A stretch of 64,000 nucleotides of DNA, from positions 20,398,001 through 20,462,000 of the forward strand of contig OZ024741.1 of assembly GCA_964016885.1 (NCBI GenBank). Direction: 5' to 3'. The stretch is from Eledone cirrhosa (lineage: Eukaryota). The notes beneath the pieces are model-generated. The model saw nothing but the letters and a program-made list of their open reading frames with translations. It searched no databases and was not told the origin of the DNA. Positions 42,001-56,700 of this stretch are shown here, piece after piece. Position numbers and translations under genes: made by a program. Each line of letters opens with the position of its first letter. The stretch's first letter is position 1.

Positions 42001-45000
42001 GTTACCTTGGTGTAGGTGGTACCAGATAAACAATAACATGTGGAGGACGTGTGACAGGGCTTTCTCATAGTAATATCTACCAAAGTGACCTTGGTGTAGG
42101 TGGTGCAAGATGTACAATAACATGTGGAGGAGGTGAGACAGGAGTTTCTGACAATAATGTCTACCAAACTTACCTTGGTGTAGGTGGTACCAGATATACA
42201 CAATAACATGTGGAGGAGGTGAGACGGGAGTTTCTGACAGTATTGTCTACCAAAGTTACCTTGGTGTAGGTGCTACCAGATATACACAATAACATGTGGT
42301 GGAGGTAAGACAGGAGTTTCTGATAGTAATGTTTAACAAAGTTACCTTGGTGTAGGTGGTACCAGATACACAATAACATGTGGTGGAGGTAAGACAGGAG
42401 TTTCTGACAATAATGTCTACCAAACTTACCTTGGTGTAGGTGGTACCAGATATACACAATAACATGTGGTGGAGGTAAGACAGGAGTTTCTCACAGTAAC
42501 GTCTACCAAAGTTACCTTGGTGTAGGTGGTACCAGATATACACAATAACATGTGGTGAAGGTAAGACAGGAGTTTCTGACAGTATTGTCTACCAAAGTTA
42601 CCTTGGTGTAGGTGGTACCAGATATACACAATAACATGTGGAGGAGGTGAGACAGGGGTTTCTGACAGCTCTGTCTACCAAAGTTACCTTGGTCTAGGTG
42701 GTGCCAGATGTACAATAACATGTGGAGGGGGTGAGACTGTGGTTTCTGACGGTATTGTCTACCAAAGTTACCTTGGTGTAGGTGGTACCAGATATACACA
42801 ATAACATGTGGAGGAGGTGAGACAGGAGTTTCTCACAGTAATGTCTACCAAAGTTACCTTGGTGTAGGTGGTGCCAGATATACACAATAACATGTGATGG
42901 AGGTAAGACGGGAGTTTCTGACAGTATTGTCTACCAAAGTTACCTTGGTGTAGGTGGTAGCAGATATACACAATAACATGTGGTGGAGGTAAGACAGGAG
43001 TTTCTGACACTATTGTCTACCAAAGTTACCTTGGTGTAGGTGGTGCCAGATACACAATAACACGTGAAGGAGGTGAGACAGGAGTTTCTCACAGTAATGT
43101 CTACCAAATTTACCTTGGTGTAGGTGGTACCAGATATACACAATAATATGTGGAGCAGGTGAGACAGGAGTTTCTGACAGTAATGTCTACCAAAGTTACC
43201 TTGGTGTAGGTGGTACCAGATAATCAATAACATGTGGAGGAGGTGAGACAGGGGTTTCTCACAGCAATGTCTACCAAAGTTACCTTGGTGTAGGTGGTAC
43301 CAGATATACACAATAACATGTGGAGGAGGTGAGACAGGGCTTTCTCATAGTAATGTCTGCCAAAGTTACCTTGGTGTAGGTGGTACCAGATACACAATAG
43401 CATGTGGAGGAGGTGAGAGAGGAGTTTCTGACAGTAATGTTTACCAAAGTTACCTTAGTGTAGGTGGTACCAGATACAGAATAACATGTGGAGGAGGTGA
43501 GGCAGGAGTTTCTGACAGTATTGTCTACCAAAGTTAACTTGGTGTAGGTGGTACAAGATATACACAATAACATGTGGTGGAGGTAAGACAGGAGTTTCTG
43601 ACAGTAATGTTTAACAAAGTTACCTTGGTGTAGGTGGTACCAGATACACAATAACATGAGGTGGAGGTAAGACAGGAGTTTCTGACAATAATGTCTACCA
43701 AACTTACCTTGGTGTAGGTGGTACCAGATATACACAATAACATGTGGTGGAGGTAAGACAGGAGTTTCTCACAGTAACGTCTACCAAAGTTACCTTGGTG
43801 TAGGTGGTACCAGATATACACAATAACATGTGGTGAAGGTAAGACAGGAGTTTCTGACAGTATTGTCTACCAATGTTACCTTGGTGTAGGTGGTACCAGA
43901 TATACACAATAACATGTGGAGGAGGTGAGACAGGGGTTTCTGACAGCTCTGTCTACCAAAGTTACCTTGGTCTAGGTGGTGCCAGATGTACAATAACATG
44001 TGGAGGGGGTGAGACAGTGGTTTCTGACGGTATTGTCTACCAAAGTTACCTTGGTGTAGGTGGTACCAGATATACACAATAACATGTGGAGGAGGTGAGA
44101 CAGGAGTTTCTCACAGTAATGTCTACCAAAGTTACCTTGGTGTAGGTGGTGCCAGATATACACAATAACATGTGGTGGAGGTAAGACGGGAGTTTCTGAC
44201 AGTATTGTCTACCAAAGTTACCTTGGTGTAGGTGGTAGCAGATATACACAATAACATGTGGTGGAGGTAAGACAGGAGTTTCTGACACTATTGTCTACCA
44301 AAGTTACCTTGGTGTAGGTGGTGCCAGATACACAATAACACGTGAAGGAGGTGAGACAGGAGTTTCTCACAGTAATGTCTACCAAAGTTACCTTGGTGTA
44401 GGTGGTACCAGATATACACAATGATATGTGGAGCAGGTGAGACAGGAGTTTCTGACAGTAATGTCTACCAAAGTTACCTTGGTGTAGGTGGTACCAGATA
44501 ATCAATAACATGTGGAGGAGGTGAGACAGGGGTTTCTCACAGTAATGTCTACCAAAGTCACCTTGGTGTAGGTGGTACCAGATACACAATAACATGTGGC
44601 GGAGGTGAGACAGGAGTTTCTGACAGTAATGTTTACCAAAGTTAACTTGGTGTAGGTGGTACCAGATACACAATAACATGTGGTGGTGGTAAGACAGGAG
44701 TTTCTGACAGTATTGTCTACCAAAGTTACCTTGGTGTAGGTGGTACCAGATATACACAATAACATGTGGTGGAGGTAAGACAGGAGTTTCTGACAGTATT
44801 GTCTACCAAACTTACCATGGTGTAGGTGGTACCAGATATACACAATAACATGTGGAGGAGGTGAGACAGGGGTTTCTGACAGTAATGTCTGCCAAAGTTA
44901 CCTTGGTGTAGGTGGTGCCAGATGTACAATAACATGGGAGGAGGTGAGACAGCGGTTTCTGACAGTATTGTCTACCAAAGTTACCTTGGTGTAGGTGGTA

Positions 45001-48000
45001 CCAGATATAAACAATAACATGTGGAGGAGGTGAGACAGGAGTTTCTGACAGTAATGTCTACCAAAGTTCCCTTGGTGTAGGTGGTGCCAGATGTACAATA
45101 ACATGTGGAGGAGGTGAGACAGGAGTTTCTGACAGTAATGTCTACCAAACTTACCTTGGTGTAGGTGGTACCAGATATACACAATAACATGTGGAGGAGG
45201 TGAGACAGGAGTTTCTCACAGTAATGTCTACCAAAGTTACCTTGGTGTAGGTGGTGCCAGATATACACAATAAGAATGTGGTGGAGGTAAGACAGGAGTT
45301 TATGACAGTATTGTCTACCAAAGTTCCCTTGGTGTAGGTGGTGCCATATATACACAATAACATGTGGTGGAGGTAAGACAGGAGTTTCTGACACTATTGT
45401 CTACCAAAGTTACCTTGGTGTAGGTGGTGCCAGATACACAATAACACGTGGAGGAGGTGAGACAGGAGGTTCTGACAGTAATGTCTACCAAAGTTACCCT
45501 GGTGTAGGTGGTGCCAGATGTACAATAACATGTGGAGGAGGTGAGACAGGATTTTCAGACAGTAATGTCTACCAAACTTACCTTGGTGTAGGTGGTACCA
45601 GATATACACAATAACATGTGGTGGAGGTAAGACAGGAGTTTCTGACAGTATTGTCTACCAAAGTTACCTTGGTGTAGGTGGTGCCAGATATACACAATAA
45701 CATGTGGTGGAGGTAAGACAGGAGTTTTTGACAGTATTGTCTACCAAAGTTACCTTGGTGTAGGTGGTGCCAGATATACACAATAACATGTGGTGGAGGT
45801 AAGACAGGAGTTTCTGACACTAGTGTCTACCAAACTTACCTTGCTGTAGGTGGTACCAGATATACACAATAACATGTGGAGGAGGTGAGACAGGGCTTTC
45901 TCAAAGTAATGTCTACCAAAGTGACTTTGGTGTAGGTGGTACCAGATACACAATAACATGTGGAGCAGGTGAGACAGGAGTTTCTGACAGTAATGTCTAC
46001 CAAAGTTACCTTGGTGTAGGTGGTACCAGATAAACAATAACATGTGGAGGACGTGTGACAGGGCTTTCTCATAGTAATATCTACCAAAGTGACCTTGGTG
46101 TAGGTGGTGCAAGATGTACAATAACATGTGGAGGAGGTGAGACAGGAGTTTCTGACAATAATGTCTACCAAACTTACCTTGGTGTAGGTGGTACCAGATA
46201 TACACAATAACATGTGGAGGAGGTGAGACGGGAGTTTCTGACAGTATTGTCTACCAAAGTTACCTTGGTGTAGGTGCTACCAGATATACACAATAACATG
46301 TGGTGGAGGTAAGACAGGAGTTTCTGATAGTAATGTTTAACAAAGTTACCTTGGTGTAGGTGGTACCAGATACACAATAACATGTGGTAGAGGTAAGACA
46401 GGAGTTTCTGACACTATTGTCTACCAAAGTTCCCTTGGTGCAGGTGGTGCCAGATGTACAATAACATGTGGAGGAGGTGAGACAGGAGTTTCTGACGGTA
46501 TTGTCTACCAAAGTTAACTTGGTGTAGGTGGTACCAGATATACACAATAACATGTGGTGGAGGTAAGACAGGAGTTTCTGATAGTAATGTTTAACAAAGT
46601 TACCTTGTTGTAGGTGGTACCAGATACACAATAACATGTGGTGGAGGTAAGACAGGAGTTTCTGTCAGTATTGTCTACCAAAGTTACCTTGGTGTAGGTG
46701 GTACTAGATATACACAATAACATGTGGTGGAGGTAAGACAGGAGTTTCTGACAGTAATGTCTACCAAAGTTACCTTGGTGTAGGTGGTACCAGATATACA
46801 CAATAACATGTGGAGGAGGTGAGACAGGGCTTTCTCATAGTAATGTCTACCAAAGTGACCTTGGTGTAGGTGGTACCAGATACACAATAACATGTGGAGC
46901 AGGTGAGACAGGAGTTTCTGACAGTAATGTCTACCAAAGTTACCTTGGTGTAGGTGGTACCAGATAAACAATAACATGTGGAGGAGGTGTGACAGGGCTT
47001 TCTCATAGTAATGTCTACCAAAGTGACCTTGGTGTAGGTGGTGCAAGATGTACAATAACATGTGGAGGAGGTGAGACAGGAGTTTCTGACAATAATGTCT
47101 ACCAAACTTACCTTGGTGTAGGTGGTACCAGATATACACAATAACATGTGGTGGAGGTAAGATAGGAGTTTCTGACAGTATTGTATACCAAAGTTACCTT
47201 GGTGTAGGTGGTACCAGATATACACAATAATATGTGGAGCAGCTGAGACAGGAGTTTCTGACAGTAATGTCTACCAAACTTACCTTGGTGTAGGTGGTAC
47301 CAGATACACAATAACATGTGGAGCAGGTGAGACAGGAGTTTCTGACAGTAATGTCTACCAAAGTTACCTTGGTGTAGGTGGTACCAGATAAACAATAACA
47401 TGTGGAGTACTTGTGACAGGCCTTTCTCATAGTAATGTCTACCAAAGTGACCTTGGTGTAGGTGGTGCCAGATGTACAATAACATGTGGAGGAGGTGAGA
47501 CAGGAGTTTCTCACATTAATGTCTACCAAAGTTCCCTTGGTGTAGGTGGTGCCAGATGTACAATAACATGTGGAGGAGGTTAGACAGGAGTTTCAGACAG
47601 TAATGTCTACCAAACTTACCTTGGTGTAGGTGGTACCAGATAAACAATAACATGTGGAGGAGGTGAGACAGGAGTTTCAGACAGTAATGTCTACCAAAGT
47701 TACCTTGGTGTAGGTTGTACCAGATACACAATAACATGTGGAGGAGGTGAGACAGGGGTTTCTCACAGTAATGTCTACCAAAGTTACCTTGGTGTAGGTA
47801 GTACCAGATACACAATAACATGTGGCGGAGGTGAGACAGGAGTTTCTGACAGTATTGTCTACCAAAGTTACCTCGGTGTAGGTGGTGCCAGATATACACA
47901 ATAACATGTGTTGGAGGTAAGACAGGAGTTTCTGACAGTATTGTCTACCAAAGTTACCTTGGTGTAGGTGGTACCAGATATACACAATAACATGTGGTGG

Positions 48001-51000
48001 AGGTAAGACAGGAGTTTCTGACAGTATTGTCTACCAAACTTACCATGGTGTAGGTGGTACCAGATATACACAATAACATGTGGAGGAGGTGAGACAGGGG
48101 TTTCTGACAGTAATGTCTGCCAAAGTTACCTTGGTGTAGGTGGTGCCAGATGTACAATAACATGGGAGGAGGTGAGACAGCGGTTTCTGACAGTATTGTC
48201 TACCAAAGTTACCTTGGTGTAGGTGGTACCAGATATAAACAATAACATGTGGAGGAGGTGAGACAGGAGTTTCTGACAGTAATGTCTACCAAAGTTCCCT
48301 TGGTGTAGGTGGTGCCAGATGTACAATAACATGTGGAGGAGGTGAGACAGGAGTTTCTGACAGTAATGTCTACCAAACTTACCTTGGTGTAGGTGGTACC
48401 AGATATACACAATAACATGTGGAGGAGGTGAGACAGGAGTTTCTCACAGTAATGTCTACCAAAGTTACCTTGGTGTAGGTGGTGCCAGATATACACAATA
48501 AGAATGTGGTGGAGGTAAGACAGGAGTTTATGACAGTATTGTCTACCAAAGTTCCCTTGGTGTAGGTGGTGCCAGATATACACAATAACATGTGGTGGAG
48601 GTAAGACAGGAGTTTCTGACACTATTGTCTACCAAAGTTACCTTGGTGTAGGTGGTGCCAGATACACAATAACACGTGGAGGAGGTGAGACAGGAGGTTC
48701 TGACAGTAATGTCTACCAAAGTTACCCTGGTGTAGGTGGTGCCAGATGTACAATAACATGTGGAGGAGGTGAGACAGGATTTTCAGACAGTAATGTCTAC
48801 CAAACTTACCTTGGTGTAGGTGGTACCAGATATACACAATAACATGTGGTGGAGGTAAGACAGGAGTTTCTGACAGTATTGTCTACCAAAGTTACCTTGG
48901 TGTAGGTGGTGCCAGATATACACAATAACATGTGGTGGAGGTAAGACAGGAGTTTTTGACAGTATTGTCTACCAAAGTTACCTTGGTGTAGGTGGTGCCA
49001 GATATACACAATAACATGTGGTGGAGGTAAGACAGGAGTTTCTGACACTAGTGTCTACCAAACTTACCTTGCTGTAGGTGGTACCAGATATACACAATAA
49101 CATGTGGAGGAGGTGAGACAGGGCTTTCTCAAAGTAATGTCTACCAAAGTGACCTTGGTGTAGGTGGTACCAGATACACAATAACATGTGGAGCAGGTGA
49201 GACAGGAGTTTCTGACAGTAATGTCTACCAAAGTTACCTTGGTGTAGGTGGTACCAGATAAACAATAACATGTGGAGGACGTGTGACAGGGCTTTCTCAT
49301 AGTAATATCTACCAAAGTGACCTTGGTGTAGGTGGTGCAAGATGTACAATAACATGTGGAGGAGGTGAGACAGGAGTTTCTGACAATAATGTCTACCAAA
49401 CTTACCTTGGTGTAGGTGGTACCAGATATACACAATAACATGTGGAGGAGGTGAGACGGGAGTTTCTGACAGTATTGTCTACCAAAGTTACCTTGGTGTA
49501 GGTGCTACCAGATATACACAATAACATGTGGTGGAGGTAAGACAGGAGTTTCTGATAGTAATGTTTAACAAAGTTACCTTGGTGTAGGTGGTACCAGATA
49601 CACAATAACATGTGGTAGAGGTAAGACAGGAGTTTCTGACACTATTGTCTACCAAAGTTCCCTTGGTGCAGGTGGTGCCAGATGTACAATAACATGTGGA
49701 GGAGGTGAGACAGGAGTTTCTGACAGTATTGTCTACCAAAGTTAACTTGGTGTAGGTGGTACCAGATATACACAATAACATGTGGTGGAGGTAAGACAGG
49801 AGTTTCTGATAGTAATGTTTAACAAAGTTACCTTGTTGTAGGTGGTACCAGATACACAATAACATGTGGTGGAGGTAAGACAGGAGTTTCTGTCAGTATT
49901 GTCTACCAAAGTTACCTTGGTGTAGGTGGTACTAGATATACACAATAACATGTGGTGGAGGTAAGACAGGAGTTTCTGACAGTAATGTCTACCAAAGTTA
50001 CCTTGGTGTAGGTGGTACCAGATATACACAATAACATGTGGAGGAGGTGAGACAGGGCTTTCTCATAGTAATGTCTACCAAAGTGACCTTGGTGTAGGTG
50101 GTACCAGATACACAATAACATGTGGAGCAGGTGAGACAGGAGTTTCTGACAGTAATGTCTACCAAAGTTACCTTGGTGTAGGTGGTACCAGATAAACAAT
50201 AACATGTGGAGGAGGTGTGACAGGGCTTTCTCATAGTAATGTCTACCAAAGTGACCTTGGTGTAGGTGGTGCAAGATGTACAATAACATGTGGAGGAGGT
50301 GAGACAGGAGTTTCTGACAATAATGTCTACCAAACTTACCTTGGTGTAGGTGGTACCAGATATACACAATAACATGTGGTGGAGGTAAGATAGGAGTTTC
50401 TGACAGTATTGTATACCAAAGTTACCTTGGTGTAGGTGGTACCAGATATACACAATAATATGTGGAGCAGCTGAGACAGGAGTTTCTGACAGTAATGTCT
50501 ACCAAACTTACCTTGGTGTAGGTGGTACCAGATACACAATAACATGTGGAGCAGGTGAGACAGGAGTTTCTGACAGTAATGTCTACCAAAGTTACCTTGG
50601 TGTAGGTGGTACCAGATAAACAATAACATGTGGAGTACTTGTGACAGGCCTTTCTCATAGTAATGTCTACCAAAGTGACCTTGGTGTAGGTGGTGCCAGA
50701 TGTACAATAACATGTGGAGGAGGTGAGACAGGAGTTTCTCACATTAATGTCTACCAAAGTTCCCTTGGTGTAGGTGGTGCCAGATGTACAATAACATGTG
50801 GAGGAGGTTAGACAGGAGTTTCAGACAGTAATGTCTACCAAACTTACCTTGGTGTAGGTGGTACCAGATAAACAATAACATGTGGAGGAGGTGAGACAGG
50901 AGTTTCAGACAGTAATGTCTACCAAAGTTACCTTGGTGTAGGTTGTACCAGATACACAATAACATGTGGAGGAGGTGAGACAGGGGTTTCTCACAGTAAT

Positions 51001-53730
51001 GTCTACCAAAGTTACCTTGGTGTAGGTAGTACCAGATACACAATAACATGTGGCGGAGGTGAGACAGGAGTTTCTGACAGTATTGTCTACCAAAGTTACC
51101 TCGGTGTAGGTGGTGCCAGATATACAGAATAACATGTGTTGGAGGTAAGACAGGAGTTTCTGACAGTATTGTCTACCAAAGTTACCTTGGTGTAGGTGGT
51201 ACCAGATATACACAATAACATGTGGTGGAGGTAAGACAGGAGTTTCTGACAGTATTGTCTACCAAACTTACCATGGTGTAGGTGGTACCAGATATACACA
51301 ATAACATGTGGAGGAGGTGAGACAGGGGTTTCTGACAGTAATGTCTGCCAAAGTTACCTTGGTGTAGGTGGTGCCAGATGTACAATAACATGGGAGGAGG
51401 TGAGACAGCGGTTTCTGACAGTATTGTCTACCAAAGTTACCTTGGTGTAGGTGGTACCAGATATAAACAATAACATGTGGAGGAGGTGAGACAGGAGTTT
51501 CTGACAGTAATGTCTACCAAAGTTCCCTTGGTGTAGGTGGTGCCAGATGTACAATAACATGTGGAGGAGGTGAGACAGGAGTTTCTGACAGTAATGTCTA
51601 CCAAACTTACCTTGGTGTAGGTGGTACCAGATATACACAATAACATGTGGAGGAGGTGAGACAGGAGTTTCTCACAGTAATGTCTACCAAAGTTACCTTG
51701 GTGTAGGTGGTGCCAGATATACACAATAAGAATGTGGTGGAGGTAAGACAGGAGTTTATGACAGTATTGTCTACCAAAGTTCCCTTGGTGTAGGTGGTGC
51801 CAGATATACACAATAACATGTGGTGGAGGTAAGACAGGAGTTTCTGACACTATTGTCTACCAAAGTTACCTTGGTGTAGGTGGTGCCAGATACACAATAA
51901 CACGTGGAGGAGGTGAGACAGGAGGTTCTGACAGTAATGTCTACCAAAGTTACCCTGGTGTAGGTGGTGCCAGATGTACAATAACATGTGGAGGAGGTGA
52001 GACAGGATTTTCAGACAGTAATGTCTACCAAACTTACCTTGGTGTAGGTGGTACCAGATATACACAATAACATGTGGTGGAGGTAAGACAGGAGTTTCTG
52101 ACAGTATTGTCTACCAAAGTTACCTTGGTGTAGGTGGTGCCAGATATACACAATAACATGTGGTGGAGGTAAGACAGGAGTTTTTGACAGTATTGTCTAC
52201 CAAAGTTACCTTGGTGTAGGTGGTGCCAGATATACACAATAACATGTGGTGGAGGTAAGACAGGAGTTTCTGACACTAGTGTCTACCAAACTTACCTTGC
52301 TGTAGGTGGTACCAGATATACACAATAATATGTGGAGGAGGTGAGACAGGGCTTTCTCAAAGTAATGTCTACCAAAGTGACCTTGGTGTAGGTGGTACCA
52401 GATACACAATAACATGTGGAGCAGGTGAGACAGGAGTTTCTGACAGTAATGTCTACCAAAGTTACCTTGGTGTAGGTGGTACCAGATAAACAATAACATG
52501 TGGAGGACGTGTGACAGGGCTTTCTCATAGTAATATCTACCAAAGTGACCTTGGTGTAGGTGGTGCAAGATGTACAATAACATGTGGAGGAGGTGAGACA
52601 GGAGTTTCTGACAATAATGTCTACCAAACTTACCTTGGTGTAGGTGGTACCAGATATACACAATAACATGTGGAGGAGGTGAGACGGGAGTTTCTGACAG
52701 TATTGTCTACCAAAGTTACCTTGGTGTAGGTGCTACCAGATATACACAATAACATGTGGTGGAGGTAAGACAGGAGTTTCTGATAGTAATGTTTAACAAA
52801 GTTACCTTGGTGTAGGTGGTACCAGATACACAATAACATGTGGTGGAGGTAAGACAGGAGTTTCTGACAATAATGTCTACCAAACTTACCTTGGTGTAGG
52901 TGGTACCAGATATACACAATAACATGTGGTGGAGGTAAGACAGGAGTTTCTCACAGTAACGTCTACCAAAGTTACCTTGGTGTAGGTGGTACCAGATATA
53001 CACAATAACATGTGGTGAAGGTAAGACAGGAGTTTCTGACAGTATTGTCTACCAAAGTTACCTTGGTGTAGGTGGTACCAGATATACACAATAACATGTG
53101 GAGGAGGTGAGACAGGGGTTTCTGACAGCTCTGTCTACCAAAGTTACCTTGGTCTAGGTGGTGCCAGATGTACAATAACATGTGGAGGGGGTGAGACAGT
53201 GGTTTCTGACGGTATTGTCTACCAAAGTTACCTTGGTGTAGGTGGTACCAGATATACACAATAACATGTGGAGGAGGTGAGACAGGAGTTTCTCACAGTA
53301 ATGTCTACCAAAGTTACCTTGGTGTAGGTGGTGCCAGATATACACAATAACATGTGGTGGAGGTAAGACGGGAGTTTCTGACAGTATTGTCTACCAAAGT
53401 TACCTTGGTGTAGGTGGTAGCAGATATACACAATAACATGTGGTGGAGGTAAGACAGGAGTTTCTGACACTATTGTCTACCAAAGTTACCTTGGTGTAGG
53501 TGGTGCCAGATACACAATAACACGTGAAGGAGGTGAGACAGGAGTTTCTCACAGTAATGTCTACCAAATTTACCTTGGTGTAGGTGGTACCAGATATACA
53601 CAATAATATGTGGAGCAGGTGAGACAGGAGTTTCTGACAGTAATGTCTACCAAAGTTACCTTGGTGTAGGTGGTACCAGATAATCAATAACATGTGGAGG
53701 AGGTGAGACAGGGGTTTCTCACAGTAATGT
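36040..53730. repeat. 7232-bp segmental tandem duplication; second copy lengthened to 10460 bp by one extra 3228-bp unit
   Basis: Offset is 7232 from 36048/43280 through 41832/49064, and 10460 for 41746/52206 to 42940/53400. The breakpoint is at ~43268. Confidence 0.93.
44690..52845. repeat. 3228-bp (~38-monomer) HOR, ~2.5 tandem copies (plus ~1.5 copies at 37460-42385 and a diverged copy at ~53900-57130)
   Basis: ORFs 44726/47954/51182, 45750/48978/52206 and 47516/50744 are offset by 3228. The marker GGAGTACTTGTGACAGGCC occurs at ~40172, ~47404 and ~50632. Confidence 0.95.
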
Positions 53731-56700
53731 CTACCAAAGTTACCTTGGTGTAGGTGGTACCAGATACACAATAACATGTGGCGGAGGTGAGACAGGAGTT
53801 TCTGACAGTAATGTTTACCAAAGTTAACTTGGTGTAGGTGGTACCAGATACACAATAACATGTGGTGGTGGTAAGACAGGAGTTTCTGACAGTATTGTCT
53901 ACCAAAGTTACCTTGGTGTAGGTGGTACCAGATATACACAATAACATGTGGTGGAGGTAAGACAGGAGTTTCTGACAGTATTGTCTACCAAACTTACCAT
54001 GGTGTAGGTGGTACCAGATATACACAATAACATGTGGAGGAGGTGAGACAGGGGTTTCTGACAGTAATGTCTGCCAAAGTTACCTTGGTGTAGGTGGTGC
54101 CAGATGTACAATAACATGGGAGGAGGTGAGACAGCGGTTTCTGACAGTATTGTCTACCAAAGTTACCTTGGTGTAGGTGGTACCAGATATAAACAATAAC
54201 ATGTGGAGGAGGTGAGACAGGGGTTTCTGACAGTAATGTCTGCCAAAGTTACCTTGGTGTAGGTGGTGCCAGATGTACAATAACATGGGAGGAGGTGAGA
54301 CAGCGGTTTCTGACAGTATTGTCTACCAAAGTTACCTTGGTGTAGGTGGTACCAGATATAAACAATAACATGTGGAGGAGGTGAGACAGGAGTTTCTGAC
54401 AGTAATGTCTACCAATGTTCCCTTGGTGTAGGTGGTGCCAGATGTACAATAACATGTGGAGGTGGTGAGACAGGGGTTTCTGACAGTAATGTCTACCAAA
54501 CTTACCTTGGTGTAGGTGGTACCAGATATACACAATAACATGTGGAGGAGGTGAGACAGGAGTTTCTCACAGTAATGTCTACCAAAGTTACCTTGGTGTA
54601 GGTGGTGCCAGATATACACAATAAGAATGTGGTGGAGGTAAGACAGGAGTTTATGACAGTATTGTCTACCAAAGTTCCCTTGGTGTAGGTGGTGCCAGAT
54701 ATACACAATAACATGTGGTGGAGGTAAGACAGGAGTTTCTGACACTATTGTCTACCAAAGTTACCTTGGTGTAGGTGGTGCCAGATACACAATAACACGT
54801 GGAGGAGGTGAGACAGGAGGTTCTGACAGTAATGTCTACCAAAGTTACCCTGGTGTAGGTGGTGCCAGATGTACAATAACATGTGGAGGAGGTGAGACAG
54901 GAGTTTCAGACAGTAATGTCTACCAAACTTACCTTGGTGTAGGTGGTACCAGATATACACAATAACATGTGCTGGAGGTAAGACAGGAGTTTCTGACAGT
55001 ATTGTCTACCAAAGTTACCTTGGTGTAGGTGGTGCCAGATATACACAATAACATGTGGTGGAGGTAAGACAGGAGTTTTTGACAGTATTGTCTACCAAAG
55101 TTACCTTGGTGTAGGTGGTGCCAGATATACACAATAACATGTGGTGGAGGTAAGACAGGAGTTTCTGACACTAGTGTCTACCAAACTTACCTTGCTGTAG
55201 GTGGTACCAGATATACACAATAACATGTGGAGGATGTGAGACAGGGCTTTCTCAAAGTAATGTCTACCAAAGTGACCTTGGTGTAGGTGGTACCAGATAC
55301 ACAATAACATGTGGAGGAGGTGAGACAGGAGTTTCTGACAATAATGTCTACCAAACTTACCTTGGTGTAGGTGGTACCAGATATACACAATAACATGTGG
55401 AGGAGGTGAGACGGGAGTTTCTGACAGTATTGTCTACCAAAGTTACCTTGGTGTAGGTGCTACCAGATATACACAATAACATGTGGTGGAGGTAAGACAG
55501 GAGTTTCTGATAGTAATGTTTAACAAAGTTACCTTGGTGTAGGTGGTACCAGATACACAATAACATGTGGTAGAGGTAAGACAGGAGTTTCTGACACTAT
55601 TGTCTACCAAAGTTCCCTTGGTGCAGGTGGTGCCAGATGTACAATAACATGTGGAGGAGGTGAGACAGGAGTTTCTGACAGTATTGTCTACCAAAGTTAA
55701 CTTGGTGTAGGTGGTACCAGATATACACAATAACATGTGGTGGAGGTAAGACAGGAGTTTCTGATAGTAATGTTTAACAAAGTTACCTTGGTGTAGGTGG
55801 TACCAGATACACAATAACATGTGGTGGAGGTAAGACAGGAGTTTCTGTCAGTATTGTCTACCAAAGTTACCTTGGTGTAGGTGGTACTAGATATACACAA
55901 TAACATGTGGTGGAGGTAAGACAGGAGTTTCTGACAGTAATGTCTACCAAAGTTACCTTGGTGTAGGTGGTACCAGATATACACAATAACATGTGGAGGA
56001 GGTGAGACAGGGCTTTCTCATAGTAATGTCTACCAAAGTGACCTTGGTGTAGGTGGTACCAGATACACAATAACATGTGGAGCAGGTGAGACAGGAGTTT
56101 CTGACAGTAATGTCTACCAAAGTTACCTTGGTGTAGGTGGTACCAGATAAACAATAACATGTGGAGGACGTGTGACAGGGCTTTCTCATAGTAATGTCTA
56201 CCAAAGTGACCTTGGTGTAGGTGGTGCAAGATGTACAATAACATGTGGAGGAGGTGAGACAGGAGTTTCTGACAATAATGTCTACCAAACTTACCTTGGT
56301 GTAGGTGGTACCAGATATACACAATAACATGTGGTGGAGGTAAGATAGGAGTTTCTGACAGTATTGTATACCAAAGTTACCTTGGTGTAGGTGGTACCAG
56401 ATATACACAATAATATGTGGAGCAGCTGAGACAGGAGTTTCTGACAGTAATGTCTACCAAACTTACCTTGGTGTAGGTGGTACCAGATACACAATAACAT
56501 GTGGAGCAGGTGAGACAGGAGTTTCTGACAGTAATGTCTACCAAAGTGACCTTGGTGTAGGTGGTGCCAGATGTACAATAACATGTGGAGGAGGTGAGAC
56601 AGGAGTTTCTCACATTAATGTCTACCAAAGTTCCCTTGGTGTAGGTGGTGCCAGATGTACAATAACATGTGGAGGAGGTTAGACAGGAGTTTCAGACAGT